Below are positions 39,420 through 48,702 of a stretch of 64,000 bases of DNA, one piece after another. Origin of the DNA: an uncultured Gemmataceae bacterium (GTDB lineage: Bacteria > Planctomycetota > Planctomycetia > Gemmatales > Gemmataceae). The notes beneath the pieces are model-generated. The model made no database searches, was not told the origin of the DNA, and was given only the letters and a program-made list of their open reading frames with translations. The stretch covers positions 64,001 through 128,000 of the forward strand of contig CAVVPN010000012.1 in NCBI GenBank assembly GCA_963750165.1, read 5' to 3'. How positions within the stretch are numbered: the stretch's first letter is position 1; every line of letters begins with the position of its first letter. A program made the position numbers and the translations under genes.

Positions 39420-42400
39420 TTACTTCCGGTCGATCCCGAGCAGTTCCTCGGCCTCGGCCCGGATGGCGTTCAACTCTTCGAGGGAATCGGGCCTGGGGTC
39501 GCGCCGCGCCGCGACCCAGCGGATCGCCCAGTCGTAATAGTCGCGGGCCCGCGTCGGCTCGCCCAGGCGGTGGTGGCTCATGGCCAAAAAGTACAGGTCG
39601 AAGGCCAGGACCCCGTCCTCTTGCTTTTCGACGTTGGCCCGTAGGACCGCCGCCGCCTCGCGGTAGCGGCCGGCGCGGTAATAGGCCACGCCCAGCGTGT
39701 TGCGGAAGTTCAAATCCTTCGGCGACAGCTGCACCGCTTTCTCGGCCAGGGGCACGGCGGCCTTCACGTCGCGCAGCGCCGCGGGCGCCGTCAGGTAAGC
39801 CCAGGCCAGGGCGTTGCAGGCCCAGGCCGTATTCGGGTCCTCCTTGACGATCCGGCGATACCGCTCGATCGCCTGCCGCGCCCGGTACGCGCGGGTCGAG
39901 GCGTTCGCCAGGTCGCCGAGTTCGACCTCGACCGACACGGGCGCGGCCGGTTTGCCGGCGGCGGGCGCGAACGCGGGCCAGTCCCAGTCCAGGTTCATGT
40001 CCTGCAGCTGCGTGCGGATCGCCCGCAAGTCCCAGACGTGGATCGCCCCGGCCAGCTTGGACACCACCACCAGTTGCGCGCCGTCGGGCGTGAAGCCCAG
40101 CCAGTTGGCCGTGTCGCCGAGCGGGTCCATGAGTTTGGCCACGGTTCGGTTGGTGGACACCTCGTTCAGGTGTACCACGGCCGGCGCCATCTCCAGGGCC
40201 ATCAGCCGGCCGTCTGGCGAGAACGCCACCTGGCCGGGGTACGGCGTGCCGGCGCGGGGCAAGTGCCGCACCAGCTGCAGGGTCTCCACGTCCCAGAAGC
40301 TGAACGCATCACCCCGGCAGATGATGAGCGTGCGGCTGTCAGGGGTGAACGTGACGAAATTCCGCTTCCCCAGCGTCCACTTGCGGGCCTCCCGGCCCGT
40401 GCGGGCGTCCCAGAGCCGGACCTCGTCCGAGTGCCAGCCGCTGCTCGCCGCCCAGCGGCCGTCCGCGCTGACGGCCCGGACCTCCCCTTGCGGATGGTGG
40501 CCCAGCTCGCGCCGCACCGCCCCCGTTTCCAGGTCCACGATCCGGTTGACGCCCCCCTCCTGCGTCGCCGCCCCCACCAGTCCGCCGTCCGGGCGGCGCG
40601 CGAACCAGACCCGGCCCAGGGGGGACAGCCGCCGCGGCGGCCCGAGCCGCAGCCGCTGCCCCGCCGGGTCGTCGCACGTGACCGGCCAGTGCAGCAGGCC
40701 CTCCGCGCCGCCCGTCAGGAGTCCCCGATAAGGGACGCCCCCGCCGCCGCCCGCGTGGGTGTCGAAGAACGCAAAGGGCGTAGGCGCGGGCAGCACGGCC
40801 AGCTCCCGGCCGCGGTGCAGGTCCCACACGCGGGCGCCTTCCTCCATGCCCACGACCAGCAGGCGGCCGTCCGCGCTGATGTCGCCGAAGAAGTTGTAGC
40901 TGCCCTTGCCGGCGCCGCGCTGCTGACCAGGGTGCGGTATTCGCGGGTCGGCGTCACCTCCAGCAGGTCGGCCCGGTCGCCGTCCCAGACGACCCCCAGC
41001 CAGCGGCCGTCGCCGCTGAAGTGCGGCTGGCTGGTGGCCGTCAGGCGCATCAGCTGCCGCCCCGAGGCCGGGTGCCACAGCAGCAACTGGCCGTCCCAGC
41101 CGTGTGAGGCCAGCAGCTCGCCGTCGGGGTGAAACGTCACGGTCGTGACCAGTTGCGCGTGGCCCTCCAGGGTCGCCACCTTGCGCCGCGCGGCCACGTT
41201 CCAGACCTGGATGCGCGGGTCGCTGCCGGCCACCGCCAGGCGCACCCCGTCCGGGTGCCAGGCGACGGTCTGCTGGCTCATCGGCCCCACGGGCAGTTCG
41301 GTGAGCGGCAGCCCGCTCGCCGCGTCGCACACGACCGTCACGGAGGCGTTGTACAGCCCGACGGCCAGTTTGCTGTTGTCCGGGTGGAACGCCAGCGAGT
41401 GCGCCGCGCCGGCAGCCGCCAGCGCTTCACCTCCTGCCCCGTCGCCAGGTCGAAGCAATGCACCCAGTCATTGCGGCCGACCGCCAGGCGCCGGCCGTCC
41501 GGGCTGAAGGCGTGCCCCCGACATTCGCGGATCTCGTCGCGCAGCACCGACGCGCCGTCGGCCACGCGCCACACGCGCAGCACGTTCTTCTCGTCGATGC
41601 CGATCAGGAAGCGCTCGTCAGGGCTGAAGTACAGGTAGTCGCCCGGGAACAGTCCCGAGTCGATCCGCCGGATTTCGCGGTCGTCGGGGATGCCGCGGAT
41701 GCTCAGGGCGTTCGAGCCGTCGGCGCGGGCGTAGAGGCGATACCGCCCGCCGTAGGCCACCGCGCCGGCGGGGCACGCGGCGCGCCAGCCCGGCACGCGG
41801 CGGACATCGGGCAGCGCCAGCGCGGCGATGGCCTCGTCGCGCAGGCGCTCGTCGGAGCGGAGGCGGGCAGCAGCGGCCAGGGCGGCGAGCGTGTCGAGGC
41901 GCTGGCCCGATTGCCGGCTCAGGCGGTTGGCGCGGGCCTGGTTCAGCAGCGCCAGGAACAGGCGGTCCTTGGCGGCGCGCTCGCTCTGCTGCGCCGCCGC
42001 CAGTGCGGCCTGCTTGTCTTCCAGGGCGCGGGCCTTCTGGTTCGCCTCGTGGACGGCGGCGTCCTGCGCGGCGACGGCGAGGAGCAGGTTCCAGGTCGTG
42101 CCGATGATGCCGCCGACCAGCGCCAGCAGCACCAGCGCGGCGGCCAGCACCGACCCCCGATTCCGCCGCACGAACTTGCGCAGCCAATACCCCAGCGTCG
42201 GCGGGCACGCCTGGACCGGCTCGTCGTCCAGGTAGCGCTGCACGTCCGCCGCGAAGGCGCTGGCGGACTCGTAGCGCTGGCGGCGGTCCTTCTCCAGCGC
42301 CTTCATCACGATCCAGTCCAGTTCGCCGCAGACGAGCTGGCGCAGCTGCCGCGGGTCGGTCTGGCGCTGCGCCGACACGGCGGTCAGCGTCCCGCCCAGC

Positions 42401-43364
42401 GTGCTCAGACGCACGCTCGGTCGGGGCGGTTCCTCCTCGCGGATGATGCGGCGCATCTCCCCATAGCCCAGCCGGGCGAAGCGCTCGCGGTCGAACGGGG
42501 TCGTGCCGGTCAGCAGTTCGTACAGCAGCACACCGAGGCTGTAGACGTCGCTGCGGACGTCCACGTCGAGGGCGTCGATCTCGGCCTGCTCTGGGCTCAT
42601 GTACAACGGCGTGCCGATCATCTGCGTGAAGTGCGTGTAGATGGTCTTGTCGGTCAGGCGCTGGCCGATGGCCTTGGCGACGCCGAAATCGATCACCTTG
42701 ACCACCGGCACCCCGTCGTGCGGCGCCACCAGCACGTTACTCGGCTTGAGGTCGCGATGGATGATCCCCTTGCCGTGGGCGTGCTGCACCGCCTGGCAGA
42801 CCGACACGAACAGTGCCAGCCGCTGGCGGGCGGTGAACTTCCGACGGTCACAGTACTCAACGAGGGGCACGCCCTTGACCAGTTCCATGACGAAGTACGG
42901 CCGGCCGTTGTCGGTGGTGCCGCCGTCGAGGACGCGGGCGATGTTGGGGTGATCCATCAGCGCCAGCGCCTGCCGCTCCTGCTCGAAGCGGGCGACGGCG
43001 TCGCGGCTGCCCATGCCCGCTTTGATGAGCTTCAGCGCCACCTTGCGGCGCACCGGCTGCTGCTGCTCGGCGACGAAGACGACGCCCATGCCGCCCTCGC
43101 CGATCTGCTCCATGAGCCGGTACGGGCCGATCACGGTGCCGGGCCGCTCCTCGATCGGTGGCAGGTCGGCCGCGCCCAGCAGCCCGGCGCGGGCACGGTC
43201 AGGAAGTCGGTGGCCCGGGGGTAGGCGGACAGCAGGCGTTCGACGTGCCGGCGCAGGTCCGCGTCGTGGCCGCAGGCCGCGTCCAGGAAGGCAGTCCGCT
43301 CCGGGTCGGAGGGCTTATCGAGGGCGGCGAAGAGAATGGCTTCGACGGCGGTGAGGTTGATCAT
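39420..43364 (-). CDS. Ser/Thr protein kinase-TM-WD40-TPR protein; frameshifts near 43185, 41405 and 40915
   Basis: [27 protein letters not shown] and GTPLYMSPE motifs; TM segment; WD40 repeats; [14 protein letters not shown], spread over four frames. Confidence 0.88.
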
Positions 43365-43471
43365 GCAAGGCTCCCTGGGCCGGGGCGGGTCCGGCGCCGC
43401 GGTGTCGCGCGCCGGGCGGCACCTGCCGGGACAGCCCCAGAAGACAATGCGACGAATCGGCCCCCGGCCCA

Positions 43472-44059
43472 TCACTGGGTGTCGGCATTCTCGTCCGCGG
43501 GCGGCTCGCCCGCCGTCAACTCGGCGTAGAGCCAGGTGCGGGTGAACGCCCAGTAGCGTTCCGCGGTGGGCAAGGAAATGTCGAGCGCCTGGGCGACCTC
43601 CGGCATGGTCAGGCCGGCGAAGAAGCGCAACTTGACCACCTCGGCCCGGACGGGGTTGAGGGCCGCGAGCCGGTCCAGGGCATCCGAAAGGTCCAGCAGG
43701 TCCTCGGAGGGAGGCTCCACGAGCGTACAGGCTTCATCGAGGTCGAGGCGTTTGCGGCCGCCGCCGTGCCGGACGCGCCCCTTGCGGCGGGCGGCCTCGA
43801 CGAGGATGCGGCGCATGGCCTCGGCCGCGGCGGCGAAGAAGTGGCGGCGGTTGTCCCAGGCGTCCCGGCGGTCGCCGACGAGCCGCAAGTAGGCTTCATG
43901 CACCAGGGCCGTGGCCTCCAGGGTCTGGCCGGGCGCTTCCTGGGCCAGCCGCTGGGTCGCCAATCGACGCAGCTCGTCGTAGACCAGCGGCAACAGTTCG
44001 GCAGCGGCGTGCTGGTCGCCCTGGGCGCAAGCCTGCAGGAGTTGGGTGGCGTCTCCCAT
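43472..44059 (-). CDS. ECF sigma factor, planctomycete kinase-associated (TIGR02999-like)
   Basis: LLPLVYDELRRLA, TLEATALVHEAYLRL, FFAAAAEAMRRILVE and VVKLRFFAGLT motifs. Confidence 0.92.
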   Translation of the reverse strand: MGDATQLLQACAQGDQHAAAELLPLVYDELRRLATQRLAQEAPGQTLEATALVHEAYLRLVGDRRDAWDNRRHFFAAAAEAMRRILVEAARRKGRVRHGGGRKRLDLDEACTLVEPPSEDLLDLSDALDRLAALNPVRAEVVKLRFFAGLTMPEVAQALDISLPTAERYWAFTRTWLYAELTAGEPPADENADTQ

Positions 44060-44137
44060 AAGAGGAAATTATACGGCACAACGGACATCTGACAAGAATT
44101 CTAGATGACCGTTTCGTAAGTTCGGTGCCAGTTTCCT

Positions 44138-44195
44138 GTAGCTGAAGTCGTGAGACTTCAGAGTAGGCTGTCTGAAGTCTCACGACTTCAGCTAC
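44138..44195. repeat. GTAG-type REP doublet (same family as 36260)
   Basis: GTAGctgaagtcgtgagacttcaga...tctgaagtctcacgacttcagCTAC. Confidence 0.88.
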
Positions 44196-44232
44196 GAAGC
44201 ACTGGCGGCGGATTTACGAAACAGTCATCTAG

Positions 44233-45970
44233 CCCGGATTACGCACCGAGGATTTGTGAAAAGAGCCTGCCACAGTAGTTAAGTGTTGTGATGACCGGCA
44301 CTTAACCATCTGTGGAGGCTCAAGATCATGGCTCCCGAAGTTACCGACCACCTTACCCTGTGGAACCTTGGCTCGCAACAACTCCTTATCGATTTCCAGG
44401 GCGGCCGCCTCGTCGCCGATGCCGGCCTGCTCGCCGTCCGCGCCCTGGAACGCCCCCTGCGCGTCATCGCTGACCTCGCACCCCAACTGCCCGACCCGCG
44501 TTCCCCCAAGTTCATCCGCCACTCCGTCGAGGCGCTGCTCACCCAGGAGGTCTACGCCCTGCTCGCCGGCTACCCCGACCACAACGACCACGACGACCTC
44601 CGCGCCGACCCCCTCTTCCAGATCCGCGCCGACGTCAGTCCCGACGCCGAGCAACCCCTCGCCTCGGGTAGCACGCTGGCGCGCTTCGCTTACGCCTTCA
44701 GCCGCCGCGATGCCGAACTGCCCCCCGAAGAACGGCCCGTCCTCCAGGAGGTCCGTGCCGCCCAGACCCAGCGCCTGAAGATCCTCAACCGCTACCTGGT
44801 GGACCTCTTCATCCGCACGCGCGGCCAGGCGCCGGCCGAGGTGATCCGCGACGCCGATGCCAGCGACGATCCCACCCCTGGTGCGCAGGCCCTCAGCGGC
44901 TACCACGGCTACTACCGGCAGCATCAGTTCCTGCCCTTGCACGTCTACGAGGGGCACAGCGGCTTCCCCCTGGCCGTCTGGCTACGGCCCGGCGCCATCC
45001 ACGCCAGCCTGGGGGCCGTGGACATCCTCGGGGCGATCGTCGCCGCCCTGCGCGCCGCCTGGCCCGAGGTCCGCATCCTGGTGCGCGCCGACAACGGCCT
45101 GGGAGTGCCCGCCGTCTAGGAGTTCTGCGAAGCCGAGCACCTGGACTACGTCAGCGGTTACGCCAGCAATGCGGTGCTGGAGCGGGCCACGGCGGCAGCG
45201 CTGGCGGATGTGGAGTTGTACTACCAGTTTTATGGCGTGCGCGAGCCGCACGTGCAGCGTTTCGAGGAGGTGCGTGACTACCAGGCGGGCAGTTGGCCGC
45301 ACGCGCGGCGGGTGATCGCCAAGGTGGAGATGAACCCGCACGGCAGTCAGCGGCGCTTCGTGGTCACGAACCGCTCCGAGCCGCCGGCGGAGGTCTACCA
45401 CGGGCTGTACACGCCGCGGGGCCAAGTGCCGGAGCAGCCGATCGGGGAGATGAAGAACGGCCTGCGCTGCGACCGGCTGAGCGCCTGCGGCTTCTGCGCC
45501 AACGCCTTCCGCTTGCTGGTGCATGCCCTGGCTTACGCGGTGGTGGTGCTCTTCCGGGAGGCGGCGGCAGCGGTGCCCGAGGTGGCGACGGCGTCCGTGG
45601 GGACGTTGCGGCAGCGCTTGTGGAAGGCCGGTGCCGTCGTGGTGACGAGCGCGCGGCGGGTGTGGTTGCACGTGTCGGAGACCTGGCCGTACCGGGGGGT
45701 GTGGCTGCGGGTGCAGGCGGCAGTGGCGCGCTATGTGAGTCAGGTGGCTGGGCGGGTGCCAGTCGGTGAAGGGGTGGCCAACTGAGGGTTGGTGGCCTGG
45801 TAGGCGGCCCGCGCGGCCGTCGGCGGGCGCGGTGCGCGCCGGGGGCGGGAAAAAGGGGTTGGCGCAGCTGCAAAAGCCCAGGACAACAGCTGCGCCAACC
45901 CACACAACCGAACGGCCTGTCATTCAAGAGATATTATGCGCCGGTAATGTCGCACGGTGCGTAATCCGGG
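44233..45970 (+). mobile_element. IS1380-family copy 2 (complete, 1738 bp)
   Basis: Perfect 16-bp IR cccggattacgcaccg / cggtgcgtaatccggg; flanks ctag and ttag. Confidence 0.92.
44328..45785 (+). pseudogene. IS1380 transposase with the same in-frame TAG (45117-45119)
   Basis: Near-identical to 33754-35211. Confidence 0.88.
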
Positions 45971-46375
45971 TTAGCTTGGGCCGACCGGCACCGAGCGGAG
46001 AAAGGCGCCTGGCCGATCACCACGAGCGGCAACGTGCCAGGACGGGAGGGGGAAACCTGGCACGCCATCGACCTGGCGCTGCGCGAGGGGCTGCGGGGGT
46101 TGCCCGGCGGTTCTAGCTTGGCCCGGCTCTTGGCACAACGCCGCGGGGTTCGGAACAAACAGGCGCTGCCGCCTCTGATGCCGAGCCTCATCCGCCGGTG
46201 GGCACGGCTGCACAGGCAGCGTACCGGCAAGCGGCCGGCGCAGAACAGCGGCCCCGTGATGGATGCCCCTGGTGAAACCTGGAAGGGGATTGACCAGGCA
46301 CTCCGTGTGGGGCTGCAGGGGCTGCCGGGCGGGTCGAGCCTGAGTCAACTGCTCGGCGGGCAGGGGGCGAAGTGA
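45971..46375 (+). pseudogene. 5'-truncated repeat protein (W...H...G.WP...SG.V....GETW..ID.AL..GL.GLPGGSSL, two copies)
   Basis: The frame is open from the IS1380 edge (LAWADRHRAEKGAWPITTSGNV); two copies of the approximately 73-aa repeat. Confidence 0.7.
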
Positions 46376-46469
46376 CGACCGCATCTGGGCAGCCTGTGCC
46401 CCGGAGTGCGGTTGGGTGTGGCGGTGCGCGCCGAGGAGGTGTTAACGTGCTCCGGCGTGTCAGTCCTCC

Positions 46470-46596
46470 GCGCGCTGGGCACTTCGGCTTGCGCGCGCAT
46501 GTCGATCACACCGCTGCAGATTCGCGCGACCCCCTTACGCGTGGCGCCGGTCCGGTCCGACGCGCTGGGCACTTCGGCTCGCGCACGTATGTCGAT
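46470..46596. repeat. Two approximately 36-bp direct repeats, 90-bp period
   Basis: cgcgctgggcacttcggcttgcgcgcgcatgtcgat and cgcgctgggcacttcggctcgcgcacgtatgtcgat. Confidence 0.75.
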
Positions 46597-46928
46597 GGGG
46601 CCGGAGCGCGGCATTTCTGGCACAAGAACGTATCGAGAGACGGTCAACACTCGCCCACCCGGCAGCCAACTGCCGCCCAGATGACCGGCCCTCCGCTGGG
46701 TACGGAGTCAGTCCGTGTCCGGCCTACCGTCGGGTGGAGTCACCGCCAAACGGGTTAGCCGCGGCGACGGCATCCGGCCAGGCGCCGCCCGCGTCCCACA
46801 GCGACCACGAGCTCTCGGGAAGAAGGCCGACGGCGCCGCCGTACCGCCGCCAGAACTCGTCGGGATCGCCGCCCGGCTGCCGGCTCGACAGGTCGCTGGC
46901 GACGGGGGTGACGGTGACGGGCCAACCG

Positions 46929-47054
46929 ATGCCGTCGCTCAAGGGACACCAGGGCGAAACCCTGTGCGTGGCGGCCGGCCGGAATGGTAACCGGCTGGTG
47001 AGCGGGAGCAAGGACGGCAGCCTGAAGCTCTGGAGCACGGAAGCGGGTGAGTAG
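46929..47054 (+). pseudogene. Single WD40-repeat remnant
   Basis: LKGHQGETLCVAAGRNGNRLVSGSKDGSLKLWS. Confidence 0.55.
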
Positions 47055-47181
47055 CCCGGATTCTCAAAAAATTCCCAGGGGATTTAGCGGCGGCCGTCGC
47101 ATGTAGAGGTAGGAAGGACGCGCCATGGTCTGCTTCGCCGTTCGTCGCGGGCACCGCGGCCTTCACCCGGGAGACGCCATC

Positions 47182-47899
47182 ATGAACCGCACGGTCCCGT
47201 TGCAACGTCCCCGTCCCCGCCGTGTGCCGGCCGACGCCGTGCTGGCCGCCGGCTTGTGTTAGCTGGCCCTTCGTCCGGTCCCGCCGCCGGCCAGCCCGCC
47301 CCGCCGAAAAAGGCGCCAGCCGGCGTGCACTACCACGAAAACCTCACCTTCGCTGAACCGGACGGCGCCAAGCTGCAGCTGGGCGTGGTCGCGCTGGCCG
47401 CCGGTGTGGGGCCGTTCCCGTGCGTGGTCATCGTCCACGGCGGCTGGTTGTACGGCACGGCAGTCGGCTCATGAACCGGGACCTGGTCGAAGCGCTCGCC
47501 CGGCGCGGCACACGGCGGCGCTTGTCAGCTACCGGTTCGCCCCGAAGAGCCGCTTCCCGGCGCAGGTCGAAGACGTGCGCGCCACCGTCCGCTGGCTGCG
47601 CGTCCGCGCCGACAAGTACCAGATCGACGCGGGTCGCATCGGCTTTCTCGGCTTCTCCGCGGGTGGCCACCTGGCCTGCATGCCGGGCACGAACAATTCC
47701 CCCAAGGACGGCAGTCACGCCCGCTACGTCGTCAGCTACTGCGCCTGCAGCCACCTGGCGTATTTGGCTGAAGGCCGCGGGCGCGACCGTCCGCCTGCTG
47801 GCCGTGCACGACGCCCGGCACGCCTTCGGCCGCCACCGCGCCGAACTGACCAACGGAGCCGCCGTCGCGTTCCTGGCCCTGCACCTCAAAGACAAGTAA
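47182..47899 (+). pseudogene. Degraded alpha/beta hydrolase (HSL-like esterase)
   Basis: PCVVIVHGGW, VSYRFAP..RFPAQVEDV and GFSAGGHLA motifs spread over several frames; the C-terminal part is largely deleted. Confidence 0.75.
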
Positions 47900-47921
47900 T
47901 TAGGCCGGGCGGCGCCCGGGG

Positions 47922-48608
47922 TCACCCGGCGGCAATCGCCAGCTGCCCCTGCTTGCGAGACCAGCGGCGGCGCAGCACCACGCCAGCACCGAGGCCCGCC
48001 GCGAGCAGGCTGCCCAGCAGCAGCGTGTCCGGCTCGGGCACGGCGCTGGTGGTGGTGATGGTCGCGCTGGAGTTGGCGATCATGCTGTCCAGCACCGTGT
48101 GGTCGCCCAGCACGTTGTTGTCGAATCCCGAGTGCGCCTCCGCCGTCAGCGTCAGCGTCGAGCCCGCCGACACCCCGGTGAAGGTGAACGTTCCCAGCAG
48201 CACCGCCCCCGCGGTCGTGCCGGTCGTCGGCGCGAACACCGACGCGCTGAACACCTGCTGCTCGCTCAGGCTGGCCGTGCCCATCGGGTCTGGCTGGATC
48301 ACCACGCTCGTCTGGGCCGTGTCGAACGCCGAGTTCGGCGTGATCGCCGCCTGGTTCGCCACCGTCGCCACCGTCGGGTCGTAGCTCAGGGCCACGCCGC
48401 CCGCCGACAGCCCGACGGATGTCAGTCCCGTGCTGCCGTTCGTCTGCGCCAGGTAGACCTGGACGTTCACCGTCGCGCCTTGCGCGACCGTGAAACTGTT
48501 TGTGAACGTGCTGGTGTTGGGATCGTAGAACGTGAAGGCGTAGTCGGCGGCGGCACGGCCTGGCAGGAGGGCCAGCACCGCGGCCACGATTGCGGAGCGA
48601 ATGCGCAT
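47922..48608 (-). CDS. PEP-CTERM protein with a cohesin-like domain
   Basis: Signal peptide; VNVQVYL...GVALSYDPTVATV...LLGTFTFT; C-terminal VPEP + TM + RRR. Confidence 0.85.
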   Translation of the reverse strand: MRIRSAIVAAVLALLPGRAAADYAFTFYDPNTSTFTNSFTVAQGATVNVQVYLAQTNGSTGLTSVGLSAGGVALSYDPTVATVANQAAITPNSAFDTAQTSVVIQPDPMGTASLSEQQVFSASVFAPTTGTTAGAVLLGTFTFTGVSAGSTLTLTAEAHSGFDNNVLGDHTVLDSMIANSSATITTTSAVPEPDTLLLGSLLAAGLGAGVVLRRRWSRKQGQLAIAAG

Positions 48609-48702
48609 CGGAGGTGTCCTCAGAGAGTAATGGCGTATCCTGGTCAAGGAACCCGCCCCGGGACACTAACGCCCGGGGCGGAGCTCACGAAGCACGCGCA
48701 GC

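Noticed and set aside
22178..45119. Alternative genetic code suggested by in-frame TGA and TAG
   Set aside because: TGA and TAG terminate many normal genes in this window, so genome-wide reassignment is not supported.
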